A stretch of 64,000 nt of DNA from Gammaproteobacteria bacterium (GCA_965277715.1 OZ255836.1:2656001-2720000), one strand, 5' to 3'. Counted from the first letter of the stretch, positions 50,804-61,328 are shown. The notes: generated by a model from the letters alone, not told the origin. Numbers and translations: made by a program.

Positions 50804-51787
50804 TCAAGTCGGCGCTGCCTCTGGTGGTTGCGCTGAAAGAAAAGATAGCAACTCCGGTATATCATCATCATGCGCCATAATATAGTTCCCCCCTGACGGC
50901 ACACTACCCCCCTCTATCGGCCCTGCCAGATGAGGCAAGTAATCATCAAAACGGACAATATGGTGATAAAAATCAACCTCCTCGACAATAGCATATGTTT
51001 GATAATCCATCGACTGCATCAGCTCAATAACCTTACGGTTATTATCAATCACATATTGGTAGCTTGGATCGTTTTCTGCGGGAATATTGGCAATTTCACA
51101 ATGAATACAGGGGCGGTATTGCTGGAGTGTGCGCGCTAAACCCTTGAGAATATCCAGTTCTGCTCCCTCTGCATCAATTTTAATAATAGACAGTGCATCT
51201 ATCGATAACTGCTGTAACAGTGAATCTGCCGAAAATGTCGGCACTATGTTGTTAAAATTACTATCCCCCTGGTTAATTGTTGGGTGAATAGACGAGCAGG
51301 GATCAGCATAACGTGAAGCATAAAAAGTCCGCAATCCATTGGTATCAGCCAGCGCAACCGGGAGAACATGGCAATGTGTACCCCAGCTATTGGCACCAAT
51401 TAATTCATTAATAAATGCAAACGACGCATAGTTTGGCTCAAAGCCGTAATACTCACCATCGTGTATATCTAAACTATTACACACTGCCTGATACCTAATT
51501 AAAAATTCACCTGCATGTGTACCAATATCAAACGCAACTCCCGGTTTTACCTGTAACGCGGCATGAATGCACTTCGACATAAAAAATTCATTGGGAACGA
51601 TCAAATACTTTCCCATCCAACTGGTTAAGGGCATCGTTAATTCAAGCCCTAAGTGTTCCACTTGTCTTTTTCTGAATCGAAGCTTGTAGAGAAAACTATG
51701 CCATTCCCTTAAAAACTTCTTCCGCCCCCACCAACGTGCCGGGTAGGAATACATTGCATCATATTGTTTGAGATTTTTATTATTCAT
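50804..51787 (-). CDS. FkbM-family methyltransferase
   Basis: FDIGTHAG, YGFEPN, ALAD, IKIDAEGAE..IL.G, P.IHCE. Confidence 0.85.
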   Translation of the reverse strand: MNNKNLKQYDAMYSYPARWWGRKKFLREWHSFLYKLRFRKRQVEHLGLELTMPLTSWMGKYLIVPNEFFMSKCIHAALQVKPGVAFDIGTHAGEFLIRYQAVCNSLDIHDGEYYGFEPNYASFAFINELIGANSWGTHCHVLPVALADTNGLRTFYASRYADPCSSIHPTINQGDSNFNNIVPTFSADSLLQQLSIDALSIIKIDAEGAELDILKGLARTLQQYRPCIHCEIANIPAENDPSYQYVIDNNRKVIELMQSMDYQTYAIVEEVDFYHHIVRFDDYLPHLAGPIEGGSVPSGGNYIMAHDDDIPELLSFLSAQPPEAAPT

Positions 51788-51988
51788 ATCTCGTTGATCT
51801 GGGGGATTTAAGCGCGGAGAGAGTAAACGTTCTCATTCTGGAAAGCAATGCCAACGGTAAATAGCCATCGGGAACTACCGTAGTGAGTGGCTATTTTGGA
51901 CAGACCAACTACGCCGCCGTCAAAGTGGTGATTCATGGTTTATAATGGTAAGACCCACGCGCAAAAAAATATTTTTTCTCATTTCCCC

Positions 51989-53132
51989 CTGTTACATGCC
52001 ACAAGAAAACCCCCTCTTTTTCAACTATTGAAAAGACAATGAAAGCGCCTATACTATTAAACGTAAATGACGGAATAACGATGATGAATACGACAATAAC
52101 TTCTACCAAAGAGAACTCAGAACCTAGCGCATTGCGTAGCTGGGTGCTGTTCTTCTTAACGTTACTGGCTGCCTGCATAGCCTGGAATGTGGCAGGGGCA
52201 CTTGGCGCCGACACCCTGCTTCAAGTCGTAATTGCGGTATTTTTCTTTGCCATCAACCGCGATATCCGTGAAGGGTTTATTGAAGGTAGTATGACGAACC
52301 TTAATCGTGAGGCAGCGCCCACGCCTTGCGAAGATCGAGAGATCATTGATGATGACGACGATAAAGGTGGGATGGGCTGGGGTTTGGACTATTCCGGCGA
52401 TTATACCTATGGGCCTAGAGCACGTGACGGAAGGGTAAAAGCATAGAGTTGATGAAAAAGCTGGTCAGGCAAATGTGCTCTGATCAGTTTTTGTCTTTAT
52501 TATTGTCAGATTATTTGGTTAAACCCCTCCCCACATTTGCTAGTTTATCCACATCCCCACCAAACGCTGCATTATCTAAGCTACTGCCCGCTTTCCAGCC
52601 AGCCATAGTTAGGACGAGCGAGAGTACAATGGGTAAGACCAGGTAAAGTAGCCCTACCAAAATTAAAAATACCGTATTTTCAATTGGGTTTCTCACCGCA
52701 TCCCAAACGGAAAGCCGGGCGCCAACGGATGGGTACATAGTAGACCATAGATTGTGCTCCAGGTAATTCGCAGCGGTGAATAGCGATGTCCAGAACTTCA
52801 CCGAAATGAAGAATACAGTGAGCGCAAACACAGCGCTCCACTGTGCTCCGGCCAGCACCCAGGCCCAGGGTAATACCATAATCATCGCCATTAAAATCAT
52901 CGCCTGTACCATTGGAGCGAGGATCTTGATGATTTCGATCTTGGCAAGGAACCCTGTTGTCTCGCTGGCGAGCAGAGCGGCGCCATTGGTTAAGCCTTTT
53001 ACCGTTGTTTTGACACCCCATTTGGCTACACCCAACGCCGCATCACCGCCCGTTTTTAACAGACCCTTTGGGGTGTACTTGAAATTCCATGCTTTGCCTG
53101 CCAGGTCACGTGTCGTTGCACGCCAGCTCACT
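51989..53132. repeat. Copy B of duplicated unit
   Basis: Homologous to copy A; both copies stop matching at the same point (GCACGCCAGCTCACT). Confidence 0.9.
52081..52446 (+). CDS. Small 2-TM protein convergent on traG, copy B
   Basis: Paralog of 50028..50408; start set at MMNTT by comparison. Confidence 0.6.
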   Translation: MMNTTITSTKENSEPSALRSWVLFFLTLLAACIAWNVAGALGADTLLQVVIAVFFFAINRDIREGFIEGSMTNLNREAAPTPCEDREIIDDDDDKGGMGWGLDYSGDYTYGPRARDGRVKA

Positions 53133-53146
53133 GAGGCCTTTATCAC
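52511..53146 (-). pseudogene. N-terminally truncated ICE-type TraG (TraG_N-family membrane region)
   Basis: APMVQAMILM...LP...F...FWTSLF..A.YLE..LWSTMY...YLVLP......AG pattern resembles the C-terminal half of integrating-conjugative-element TraG; only 211 aa. Confidence 0.6.
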
Positions 53147-53160
53147 TCCTTTATCAGAAT

Positions 53161-54168
53161 TTAGCGCCAGGGCTGTCCTTTGATTGCCACCTGCTCATCC
53201 ACAATGGTTTTGCTCAGCAGACAGACACAGGCATAAATTGACCGCAGCGCGGGTACATCGGTATTCGTCATTTCCGCCAGTTCGATCACCGCCCCCAGCA
53301 TACCGTCAATCTCCAGCGGTTTGCCCGCCTCCACATCCTGCAACATTGAGGTTTTGTGTTTGCCGACTTTCTCGGCACCTTCAATACGGCGCTCCAGCGT
53401 AACGCGAAAGCTGGCGCCCAGTTTTTCTGCAACTGCCTGCGCTTCAAGCATCATCGTTGCTGCCAGTTGACGGGTGAGCGGGTATTGGCAAATGGCCTCC
53501 AGGGTGGCGTGGGTTACTGCACTGATGGGGTTAAACGACAAATTGCCCCACAGTTTGAGCCATATTTCTGAGCGGATATCCGCCAGTACCGGTGACTTAA
53601 AGCCCGATTCGATAAACATCTGCGCAACCTTATTGGCCCGTTCAGAGTCTGTGCCGTCTAACTCACCTACCGGAAAGCGGATGCCTTCTACATGCTGAAT
53701 CACCCCCGGCTCGGCAATAACCGCCGCCGGATAGGCGATACACCCCAAAATGCGTTGCGGATCAATGGCTTTTGCCAATACGCCACTCGGGTCAACCGTT
53801 TCCACAGTGCGTTTATCGTAGTCACCGCCCAGCTTTTGAAAATACCACCAGGGAATGCCATTTTGCAGTGTCACCATCACCGTTTCTTCACCAAACAAGG
53901 TGGGGAGCTTATCGACAATCGGGGATATTTGGTGGGCTTTTAGCGCCATGATGACTACATCCTGTGCATCGAGTGTGGCAATGTCGTCGGTGGCGATAAC
54001 ATTTTTGGCCAGTAATTCCTCACCGCCCTGAATTAACTTCAGGCCGTTGGCTTTAATCGCCGCCAGGTGCGGCCCACGGGCAACCAGTGACACCGTGTGC
54101 CCGGCATCAGCCAGACGCACACCGAGCAGGCCGCCGATAGCGCCTGCACCTACAACACATACTTTCAT
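53161..54168 (-). CDS. 2-dehydropantoate 2-reductase family protein
   Basis: GAGAIGG, LQNGIPWWYF, WLKLWGN..FNP, SMLQD...G..LE. Confidence 0.9.
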   Translation of the reverse strand: MKVCVVGAGAIGGLLGVRLADAGHTVSLVARGPHLAAIKANGLKLIQGGEELLAKNVIATDDIATLDAQDVVIMALKAHQISPIVDKLPTLFGEETVMVTLQNGIPWWYFQKLGGDYDKRTVETVDPSGVLAKAIDPQRILGCIAYPAAVIAEPGVIQHVEGIRFPVGELDGTDSERANKVAQMFIESGFKSPVLADIRSEIWLKLWGNLSFNPISAVTHATLEAICQYPLTRQLAATMMLEAQAVAEKLGASFRVTLERRIEGAEKVGKHKTSMLQDVEAGKPLEIDGMLGAVIELAEMTNTDVPALRSIYACVCLLSKTIVDEQVAIKGQPWR

Positions 54169-54289
54169 TTTTTTTTCCGATAGAGGGTAGTAAAAAGGGA
54201 TTTAATTATCAGCGAAAATATAGCCCACCTATCAATGCCAGACAACCGTGATATTAGGGGGCGTTGTCAATGGTGAGCGATGAGGCAGA

Positions 54290-55156
54290 TCACCCGCCTA
54301 AAAATAATTCACCGACCTTGGGATTCGCCAATAAATCATCTCCCTTACCCGCGATAGCAATCTGCCCGGAGACCATCACATAGCCGATATCGGCAAACTC
54401 CAATCCCTTTTTGGCATTTTGCTCAACCATAATAATGGTCTTGCCCTCTTTGTGCTGCAGGTCGTGGAGTATTTCAAACACCATATCGATAAAGCGCGGT
54501 TCGAGACCAATCGATGGCTCGTCGACCAACAGTACATCCGGGTTCATCACCAGCGCACGGGAGATTTCCAGCAGGCGACGCTCGCCCCCAGACAGTACTT
54601 TTGCCTGGTGTTTGCGGCGTGCAGCGAGCCGTGGGTATTTATCAAAGACTTTTTCAGCAGCGGCTTTGGCCTCTGTCGGCTGGTCTTTTAAAAAACCGCC
54701 CATCCATAAGTTCTCTTCAACTGTCATGCCGGGGAAAATCGACTTATCCTGCAAAATATACGCAATCCCCGCCCTGGATAATTTTTCGCTCGGCGATAAA
54801 CGCGTAACGTCGAGTTTATCGTCACCGTTACCGATAACGATACGCCCCGAAAAAATGTTGTTAAAACCAAAGATGGCGTGCAGCACGGTCGATTTGCCCG
54901 CACCATTAGGGCCAATTAAGCACAGCGATTGTTGGCGACCAACCCGCAGGTTAATCTCGTGCAAAATCTCCATTTGCCCGTAACCGGCACGCAGGTTTTC
55001 CAGCGATACATAAGGTTCGCCCACCACCAGCGCATCGAGCTGCTCAATACCAATATCTTCAGCAATCGCGGCGGTTTGTTTAACGACTTCATCGACCGAG
55101 ATAACCGCATCGACACCACCCACACCGTAACCGCTGATATTTTGTTTATCCTCCAT
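54290..55156 (-). CDS. Liv-type ABC transporter ATPase (LivF-like)
   Basis: GPNGAGKS, LSGGE, DEPSIGL, VEQN. Confidence 0.9.
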   Translation of the reverse strand: MEDKQNISGYGVGGVDAVISVDEVVKQTAAIAEDIGIEQLDALVVGEPYVSLENLRAGYGQMEILHEINLRVGRQQSLCLIGPNGAGKSTVLHAIFGFNNIFSGRIVIGNGDDKLDVTRLSPSEKLSRAGIAYILQDKSIFPGMTVEENLWMGGFLKDQPTEAKAAAEKVFDKYPRLAARRKHQAKVLSGGERRLLEISRALVMNPDVLLVDEPSIGLEPRFIDMVFEILHDLQHKEGKTIIMVEQNAKKGLEFADIGYVMVSGQIAIAGKGDDLLANPKVGELFLGG

Positions 55157-55899
55157 CAGTGCGCTCCCAGGTAGGCGTCTATCACCCGCTGATCGTTTTG
55201 AATATCCGCTGGCGCGCCCTGTGCTAATAACTGCCCGTGTGCCAGGCAATAAATCTTATCGGCCATGTTCATAATCACACGCATATTGTGCTCGATAATA
55301 AATAAGGTAATACCAAATTCAGAATTGGCGCGTTTTAACCGATCGATCAAACCATTGATCAAGGTTGGGTTGATCCCGGCGGTGGGTTCGTCAAGTAATA
55401 GGCCGGTCGGTTCGTTCATCAAAGCCATAGCAAATTCGAGCAGTTTTTGTTGGCCAAAAGAGAGGGAACCGGCGCGCAATAAACGCTTTTCATACAGACC
55501 GACAAAATCGAGCAAGCGGTCTGCGCGCTCGTGTTCTTCTTTACCGTTGCGGCTAAACGCATCTTTAAAGCGCATTTTGCGGTGTGGCAGGGAAATCAGC
55601 ATATTCTCCACACAGTTCATCGCGCCATAGATACGGGTCTGCTGGAAGGTGCGCAACAACCCTAAGCGGGCGATTTTCTGTACCGGCATTTTGGAGATTT
55701 CCCGGCCTTCAAATTTTATTGCCCCGGAGTCTATAGGGTGGTAACCGACAATGGAGTTAAACAAGGTGGTCTTGCCGGAACCGTTGGGGCCAATCAGCCC
55801 GGTAATGCCGCCTTTTTCCACTGTCATCGATACATTTTTATTGGCGATAACACCGCCATAGGATTTGCAGACATCCTGCACTTCAATAATAGCGCTCAT
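55156..55899 (-). CDS. Liv-type ABC transporter ATPase (LivG-like)
   Basis: GPNGSGKT, RTFQ, LSFGQ, DEPTAG, IEHNM, AYLG. Start at MSAII. Confidence 0.9.
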   Translation of the reverse strand: MSAIIEVQDVCKSYGGVIANKNVSMTVEKGGITGLIGPNGSGKTTLFNSIVGYHPIDSGAIKFEGREISKMPVQKIARLGLLRTFQQTRIYGAMNCVENMLISLPHRKMRFKDAFSRNGKEEHERADRLLDFVGLYEKRLLRAGSLSFGQQKLLEFAMALMNEPTGLLLDEPTAGINPTLINGLIDRLKRANSEFGITLFIIEHNMRVIMNMADKIYCLAHGQLLAQGAPADIQNDQRVIDAYLGAH

Positions 55900-56936
55900 G
55901 CCTGTGCTCCTTCGGTCGTCTGTTTTTGCTCGACACGAATGCCGAACCACTCGGGCTTTTTTTGCACCAGCCAGCCCATAACGCCATCCTGAAAATACAC
56001 CACGGTAATGACAATCAACGCACCCAGCGCCACCCATTGCCAGCCGAGCAGGTAGTTCCAGGTGATCTCTTTGAAAAGGTGAAACAGTATCGCACCCACT
56101 ATCGGCCCCCACAGGGTGCCCTTGCCCCCCAGCAGAACACACACCACCATAAAGATACCCAGGTTAATGGTTTGATAGGCGGTTTCCAGGGGTTCAAAAT
56201 GAATTAACTGAAACGCGGAAATTGCACCGACAACCCCGACAAAAAAGGCCGCCATCGCCCAGGTGGCGAGCTTATACTGCAGGGTGTGCAGGCCCATTGC
56301 CTCGGCTTTTTCCTCATCATCACGAATGGCGTTGATCGCCGCGCCAAAGCGTGTGGTGTACAGCCATTTCAAAAATAAAAACAACACCACACCAGTACCG
56401 GCAAACAGGAAGTAGAAAAATACCTTGCCCACATCAAAATCACCGGGGTACACCGGCAAGGCGATGCCCTGCCCGCCGCCAACCCAATCCCAGTTAGAGA
56501 CCAGCTCGCCCCCCGCAATCGCGACACCGAGCGTACCGATGGCGAAGTAAGGGCCGCGCAAACCAAAGGTGATGTAACCAATAATCACCGCCGTAAAGGC
56601 GCAAAACACACCCGCCCCCAATATGCCAAGCACCACTCCAGTAAAATACTGCGCATCGGTAAATTCATAGACACCCCCGCCAAAGGCGCTGGTGTAATCG
56701 GCCACGTTGTACACTAGGCCGATAGTGACCACCGCCGCGACGTACATGCCCGTGCCGTAAAAGAAGATATTGCCCAGTGAGTTATACCCCATTTGCCCGC
56801 CGGTCATGTCCCAGGTTAATGAGACGATAATCATCAACCACAGGGTCGCCAATTGGGTGCGAAAATCCGGAAAAATAAAAGGTGCCGCAAGCGTAATCAG
56901 CAGCAGTACCAGATAAAACGGTATTTTTTTATTCAT
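55896..56936 (-). CDS. Liv-type ABC permease (LivM-like)
   Basis: LRGPYFAIGT, AIRDDEEKA..MG, LLGGKGT. Start at MNKKI. Confidence 0.9.
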   Translation of the reverse strand: MNKKIPFYLVLLLITLAAPFIFPDFRTQLATLWLMIIVSLTWDMTGGQMGYNSLGNIFFYGTGMYVAAVVTIGLVYNVADYTSAFGGGVYEFTDAQYFTGVVLGILGAGVFCAFTAVIIGYITFGLRGPYFAIGTLGVAIAGGELVSNWDWVGGGQGIALPVYPGDFDVGKVFFYFLFAGTGVVLFLFLKWLYTTRFGAAINAIRDDEEKAEAMGLHTLQYKLATWAMAAFFVGVVGAISAFQLIHFEPLETAYQTINLGIFMVVCVLLGGKGTLWGPIVGAILFHLFKEITWNYLLGWQWVALGALIVITVVYFQDGVMGWLVQKKPEWFGIRVEQKQTTEGAQA

Positions 56937-56950
56937 TATTGCTCCTGCGC

Positions 56951-57862
56951 TTATTGCAAGCTTTGGCGAACGCGGCGTTGCTGGATAAGCCGGATAATCA
57001 ACACAATCAACAACAGTAAAACGGCGATGGCCTGTTGGTAGCCGATGCCAAAGATATGCGCACCGTATTGTTCCAGGGCGCCGATTCCCAGGCCCGCCGC
57101 AATAACCCCCGGCAAATTGCCAAGCCCGGCAGCGGTGACAATAACAAAAGCGCGGATCGAGTGTGTGATGCCATAAAATGGCTGAATGATCCACACCATC
57201 ACGATAATCGCCCCGGCCGCGCCGCAAATGGCCGCATTCAGCGAGAAGGTAAAGGCGTAGACTTTCTCGGTATCAATGCCCAGGACACGGGCAGCGCGGG
57301 CATCCTGCGCGGTAGCGCGGATCGCCTGCCCCATACGGCTGGATTTCATAAAGATAATCACCCCCGCCGCCAGTACTGTCGCCATTAATACACCGATCAG
57401 CTTGGCCACTGGCACATCGATAAAGCCATCAAAGAAATACAGGGTATCAAAGCCCAGATCGACGCTTTGTGTATCCGAGCCAAACATCAGGTTGAGTATT
57501 TGCGCCATCATAATCGCCAGGCCAAACGTGGCCAGCAGCGAGGTAAACAGGTCGCGCTCAATAACCCGGGAAATAACCACTTTGTAGATAACCCAGCCAA
57601 GCCCCCATAAAACAATAAATGCAGCGGGCACCCCCAGCAGTGCGGGCACACCGTGCTCTACCAACCACCAGGAGACATAGCCACCGGCAATAACAAAATC
57701 ACCTTGTGCGAGGTTTTTAACATTCATCACCCCCCACACCAACGCCAACCCGTAGGCCGCCAGTGCGAAAAGCGCACCGATCATAATGCCGTCGAGGACG
57801 ATCTTTAAATTGACAACCGGAAATTCGAATAACAGGGAGATATTGCCAAGTATTTGATCCAT
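56951..57862 (-). CDS. Liv-type ABC permease (LivH-like)
   Basis: GLALVWGV...NLAQG, GQAIRATAQD...A..LGI, GLGNLPG. Confidence 0.9.
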   Translation of the reverse strand: MDQILGNISLLFEFPVVNLKIVLDGIMIGALFALAAYGLALVWGVMNVKNLAQGDFVIAGGYVSWWLVEHGVPALLGVPAAFIVLWGLGWVIYKVVISRVIERDLFTSLLATFGLAIMMAQILNLMFGSDTQSVDLGFDTLYFFDGFIDVPVAKLIGVLMATVLAAGVIIFMKSSRMGQAIRATAQDARAARVLGIDTEKVYAFTFSLNAAICGAAGAIIVMVWIIQPFYGITHSIRAFVIVTAAGLGNLPGVIAAGLGIGALEQYGAHIFGIGYQQAIAVLLLLIVLIIRLIQQRRVRQSLQ

Positions 57863-57983
57863 ATGGGGTTACCTTTTGGCCGTTTATTTTTCTATTGAGG
57901 TCATGGCAGGAGAGGCCGCTTATGCACAGCGCCAAACCAGTACCGGGTGCAAGATGCACCCGGTTTCGGTCAGTTAACGGTGA

Positions 57984-59213
57984 CTACTGGGCTTTGCGTG
58001 GCCAGTTCAGCTTGTGAGAGGCGAATGCTGAGGGCGCAACCACATTGTAGCTGCCATCTTGAATCTGGCGCAGCACCATCGGCTTGGCGATGTTGTTGCC
58101 TGCTTCAGAAAACCTGATGCTGCCGTAAAAGGTGCTTAGATCAGTTGCCGCAATTGCATCGCGAACGGCTTCTTTATCCAGTGAACCCGCACGTTCGAAC
58201 GCATCTTTGAACACATAAACTGCCGCCGAGGCCTGCGCCGTTTGATAGGGGACTTTCTTGTCCGCGTACTCTGGGTAAGTGGCCTTAAACTCTTTCTCAT
58301 AGTTAGCGGCACTGCCAAAAATTTCATCTTCATACGACAGTGATTCAGCCCACTGGGTGGAACATAAAATATCGTTGGCCGCTGCACCGAATTTGCCGGT
58401 AACGTCTGCCGCTTCACAGTGTGTCATCGCCACCATGGGCACGCTGATATTTTGCTCGCTGATTTGACGCACAGCAGTAGCCGCACCTTTTGAGTGGCCG
58501 CTGACAACCAGCACATCCGGCTTGAGCAGTTTGACCTTGGTGAGGATAGCGCTCATATCGGATAAGTCGCGTGGCAGTTTTTCATCGATCACTGCCTTCA
58601 TACCAAATTTTTTGGCATCTTCGAGCACACCGGCACGGATATCGAGTGAGAATGGATCATTTTCAACGGCCACAGCGACTTTTACCGATGAGGGTGATTT
58701 GCCAGACTCTTTGGCTTTTTCTGCCGCCAGCGCAATGGCAGAGGCCAGGTATTGCTCAGAGGTCGACAATACCGCAAACAGGTATTTGTAGCCTTTATTG
58801 AACAGTGAACGCGACGCACCTTCCGCTTCGACCATCGGGATTTTGTATTTTTCAGTTACCGGTGCAATGGCTTTGGTCAGGCCGGACGAATAAGGCCCCA
58901 GCATGTATTGCACTTTGTCCTGGTTGATAAGCCGTTCGGCCAGGGTTGCACCACGGTCGCCTTTGGACTCATCATCGTAGTAAATAACCTTGAAGTTGTA
59001 GCACTTATCACCCATTTTTACGCCACCGGCCTCGCCAATCTTCTTGATTGCAAATTCGTAGCCGTTTTTCGCGTGAATACCGTTGGTGGCATATTTACCG
59101 GTGAGTGAAATAGCAGACCCGAGGGTAATGTCTTCGCAGGCCGCATGACCTGCCTGTGCAAACAGCAGGGCACCGCCGGTAAGGCAACCCAATACGCTTG
59201 TCGTGAGTTTCAT
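57984..59213 (-). CDS. Liv-type ABC substrate-binding protein
   Basis: Signal peptide, SLTGKYA..G, YYDDES, LGPYSS; GGAG RBS before ATG 59213. Confidence 0.9.
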   Translation of the reverse strand: MKLTTSVLGCLTGGALLFAQAGHAACEDITLGSAISLTGKYATNGIHAKNGYEFAIKKIGEAGGVKMGDKCYNFKVIYYDDESKGDRGATLAERLINQDKVQYMLGPYSSGLTKAIAPVTEKYKIPMVEAEGASRSLFNKGYKYLFAVLSTSEQYLASAIALAAEKAKESGKSPSSVKVAVAVENDPFSLDIRAGVLEDAKKFGMKAVIDEKLPRDLSDMSAILTKVKLLKPDVLVVSGHSKGAATAVRQISEQNISVPMVAMTHCEAADVTGKFGAAANDILCSTQWAESLSYEDEIFGSAANYEKEFKATYPEYADKKVPYQTAQASAAVYVFKDAFERAGSLDKEAVRDAIAATDLSTFYGSIRFSEAGNNIAKPMVLRQIQDGSYNVVAPSAFASHKLNWPRKAQ

Positions 59214-59485
59214 TGAGTGATTCTCCTCCAATAAAGTTGATTGTGTTGTGCGCTTGTGCAGCGCTTTTTTAATAACGCGGGCAAGTATAAACACGTTGGC
59301 TGCACAGGTACAACTATCACTGGTTCAGAATCAAGGAGGCCATATCAGGTTTATTGTATACAGTAGAAGGCGCGTGGGCCTGGCGATGTGCTACTGACCC
59401 GCCTGGGCAAAATCGCCAACGACAGCATCTATTTAGTCGGCTTTTTTGAGGGTTCGCTATTCGCCGATTCAGTTTTTAACACCAT

Positions 59486-59824
59486 CTACGACGATTCTGC
59501 CGAGGTTTTTCTAATTGATTTCTCTGGATTTATCTGGCTTAGAAGTTCTTCTGATAACTGATCAAGAAGCGCTTTATCTGCAAGGCCTTCACGACAAATC
59601 ATAAATAGCTGTAATGTGGCTTTCGACCTGCTGTGACCATCAAAAAGAGCGCCCATTTGTTTGTCCCGACCCTGTACACGTTTATAGTGAAGCCGGTAGC
59701 GCTCGTGCGCAGACTGGCTTTCATCTTGAATGATTGCTGCAAACTCCGCTAATGCACGTTTACAAAGCGTATCAATCGCTTTTTCTTTAATACGTTTAAA
59801 CACTTTCCAGTCAGATTCTTTCAC
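59486..59824 (-). CDS. Conserved-looking hypothetical protein
   Basis: 112-aa ORF (ESDWKVF...HERY...DKQMGALFD..SRS) directly downstream of nnr with a GGGGG RBS. Confidence 0.6.
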   Translation of the reverse strand: MKESDWKVFKRIKEKAIDTLCKRALAEFAAIIQDESQSAHERYRLHYKRVQGRDKQMGALFDGHSRSKATLQLFMICREGLADKALLDQLSEELLSQINPEKSIRKTSAESS

Positions 59825-59834
59825 AAGACCCCCC

Positions 59835-61328
59835 TTAAGAATTTATGTCGCTGGGTATCAGCAATGATTTTATCGACTGCCGCAACCCCTCGTCCAGATC
59901 GCTGGAAATCATACCAAAACCCAGCCGGTTTGCAGCATCGCCGTGTAGCCAGATAGCGGCATTCGCCGCTACAAAGGCGGGCATTCCTTGAGCAACCAGA
60001 CCGGCAACGATGCCAGCCAACACGTCACCGCTGCCTGCTGTTGCCAGCCACGGTGGCGAATTGTCTGAAACAGAAACCTCGCCCCCAGGGGTGGCCACTA
60101 CAGTATCCGGGCCTTTCAGAATAACGACAGCACCGCTTTTGTCGGCCGCAGCCCGCGCACGTTCAACCTTTGAACCATGAACACCTAAATCAGGAAACAA
60201 ACGCCCAAACTCACCACCATGCGGTGTAATAATTACCGGCTTGTTTGACGTTTTGATTGCTTCAAACAGCCTCTCTGGGTTTGCAGAAAACGCCGCTAAC
60301 CCCCCTGCGTCCAATATGGTTTTACGCTGCATTTCCAGAACCCTGATAACCATGCTTGCGGTATGCTTATCCGCTGGCAGACCGGGGCCAAGTGCCACAC
60401 AATTAAAGCGTTGGTCAGCGAGGATTTCCTGTACATCATGCGGGCTATCAGCCTTCTGAAGCATTACGGAGGTTAAATGGATGGCGTTCACAACCAGGGC
60501 ATCGACTGGGCTTGCAACGGTTACCAATCCCGACCCTGATCTTAGCGCAGCCAGCGCCAGCAATCTGGCAGCACCCGTTGATGTCATCGGCCCGGAAATT
60601 ACCAGCGTATGGCCGCGATGATATTTGTGCCCGGCAAGGGATGGTACGGGGTAATGCTTGCGCCAGTTTGCCGGTACGTTTTGAATGCCAGAAATGCCGG
60701 TTTGCTTAAGGGTTTCCGCTTTAATTCCTATTTGTTGAAGGAAGCGTTTTGCACAATAATGCCTGCCCGGCATCAGTATATGTCCGAGCTTGTATCGGAA
60801 AAAAGTAACAGTGCAGTGCGCCTTAACCGCACAGCCTTGTATCTGCCCGGTTTTCCCATCAACACCACTTGGCAAATCAATCGACAAAACCGGTTTTCCA
60901 CTCTCATTGATCGCTTTGATTATAGATGCAAAAGTCCCTTTGACTTCGCGGTCAAGCCCAGCGCCCAGAAGCGCGTCAACAATAACATCGGGCTCTGTAA
61001 AGTTTGGATAACCGCCAATCAATATGGATTTGTCGAGTTTGGCCAAAGCCCGTTCTGCATCGCCCGAGATGCTCTTTATGTCCCCGCAAATAAAAACTTT
61101 TATACGCCTGCCTTCATCAACAAGACGACGGGCGGTGACAAAACCGTCCCCACCGTTGTTTCCGGTACCACAAACAATCAGTATATTTTGAAATTCTGGA
61201 AACTGTTTCTTTAATACCTCAACTACGGCAAGTCCCGCATTTTCCATCAGCTCAATACCGGGTATTCCACCGTCGATTGTCAGTCGATCGGCTTTAGCCA
61301 TTTGGGCCGGTGTCAACAGTTCAGGCAT
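59835..61328 (-). CDS. nnr: Bifunctional NAD(P)HX epimerase/dehydratase
   Basis: LMENAG, GNNGGDG, DLPSG, TPHGGEF, LATAGSGDVLAG. Confidence 0.93.
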   Translation of the reverse strand: MPELLTPAQMAKADRLTIDGGIPGIELMENAGLAVVEVLKKQFPEFQNILIVCGTGNNGGDGFVTARRLVDEGRRIKVFICGDIKSISGDAERALAKLDKSILIGGYPNFTEPDVIVDALLGAGLDREVKGTFASIIKAINESGKPVLSIDLPSGVDGKTGQIQGCAVKAHCTVTFFRYKLGHILMPGRHYCAKRFLQQIGIKAETLKQTGISGIQNVPANWRKHYPVPSLAGHKYHRGHTLVISGPMTSTGAARLLALAALRSGSGLVTVASPVDALVVNAIHLTSVMLQKADSPHDVQEILADQRFNCVALGPGLPADKHTASMVIRVLEMQRKTILDAGGLAAFSANPERLFEAIKTSNKPVIITPHGGEFGRLFPDLGVHGSKVERARAAADKSGAVVILKGPDTVVATPGGEVSVSDNSPPWLATAGSGDVLAGIVAGLVAQGMPAFVAANAAIWLHGDAANRLGFGMISSDLDEGLRQSIKSLLIPSDINS

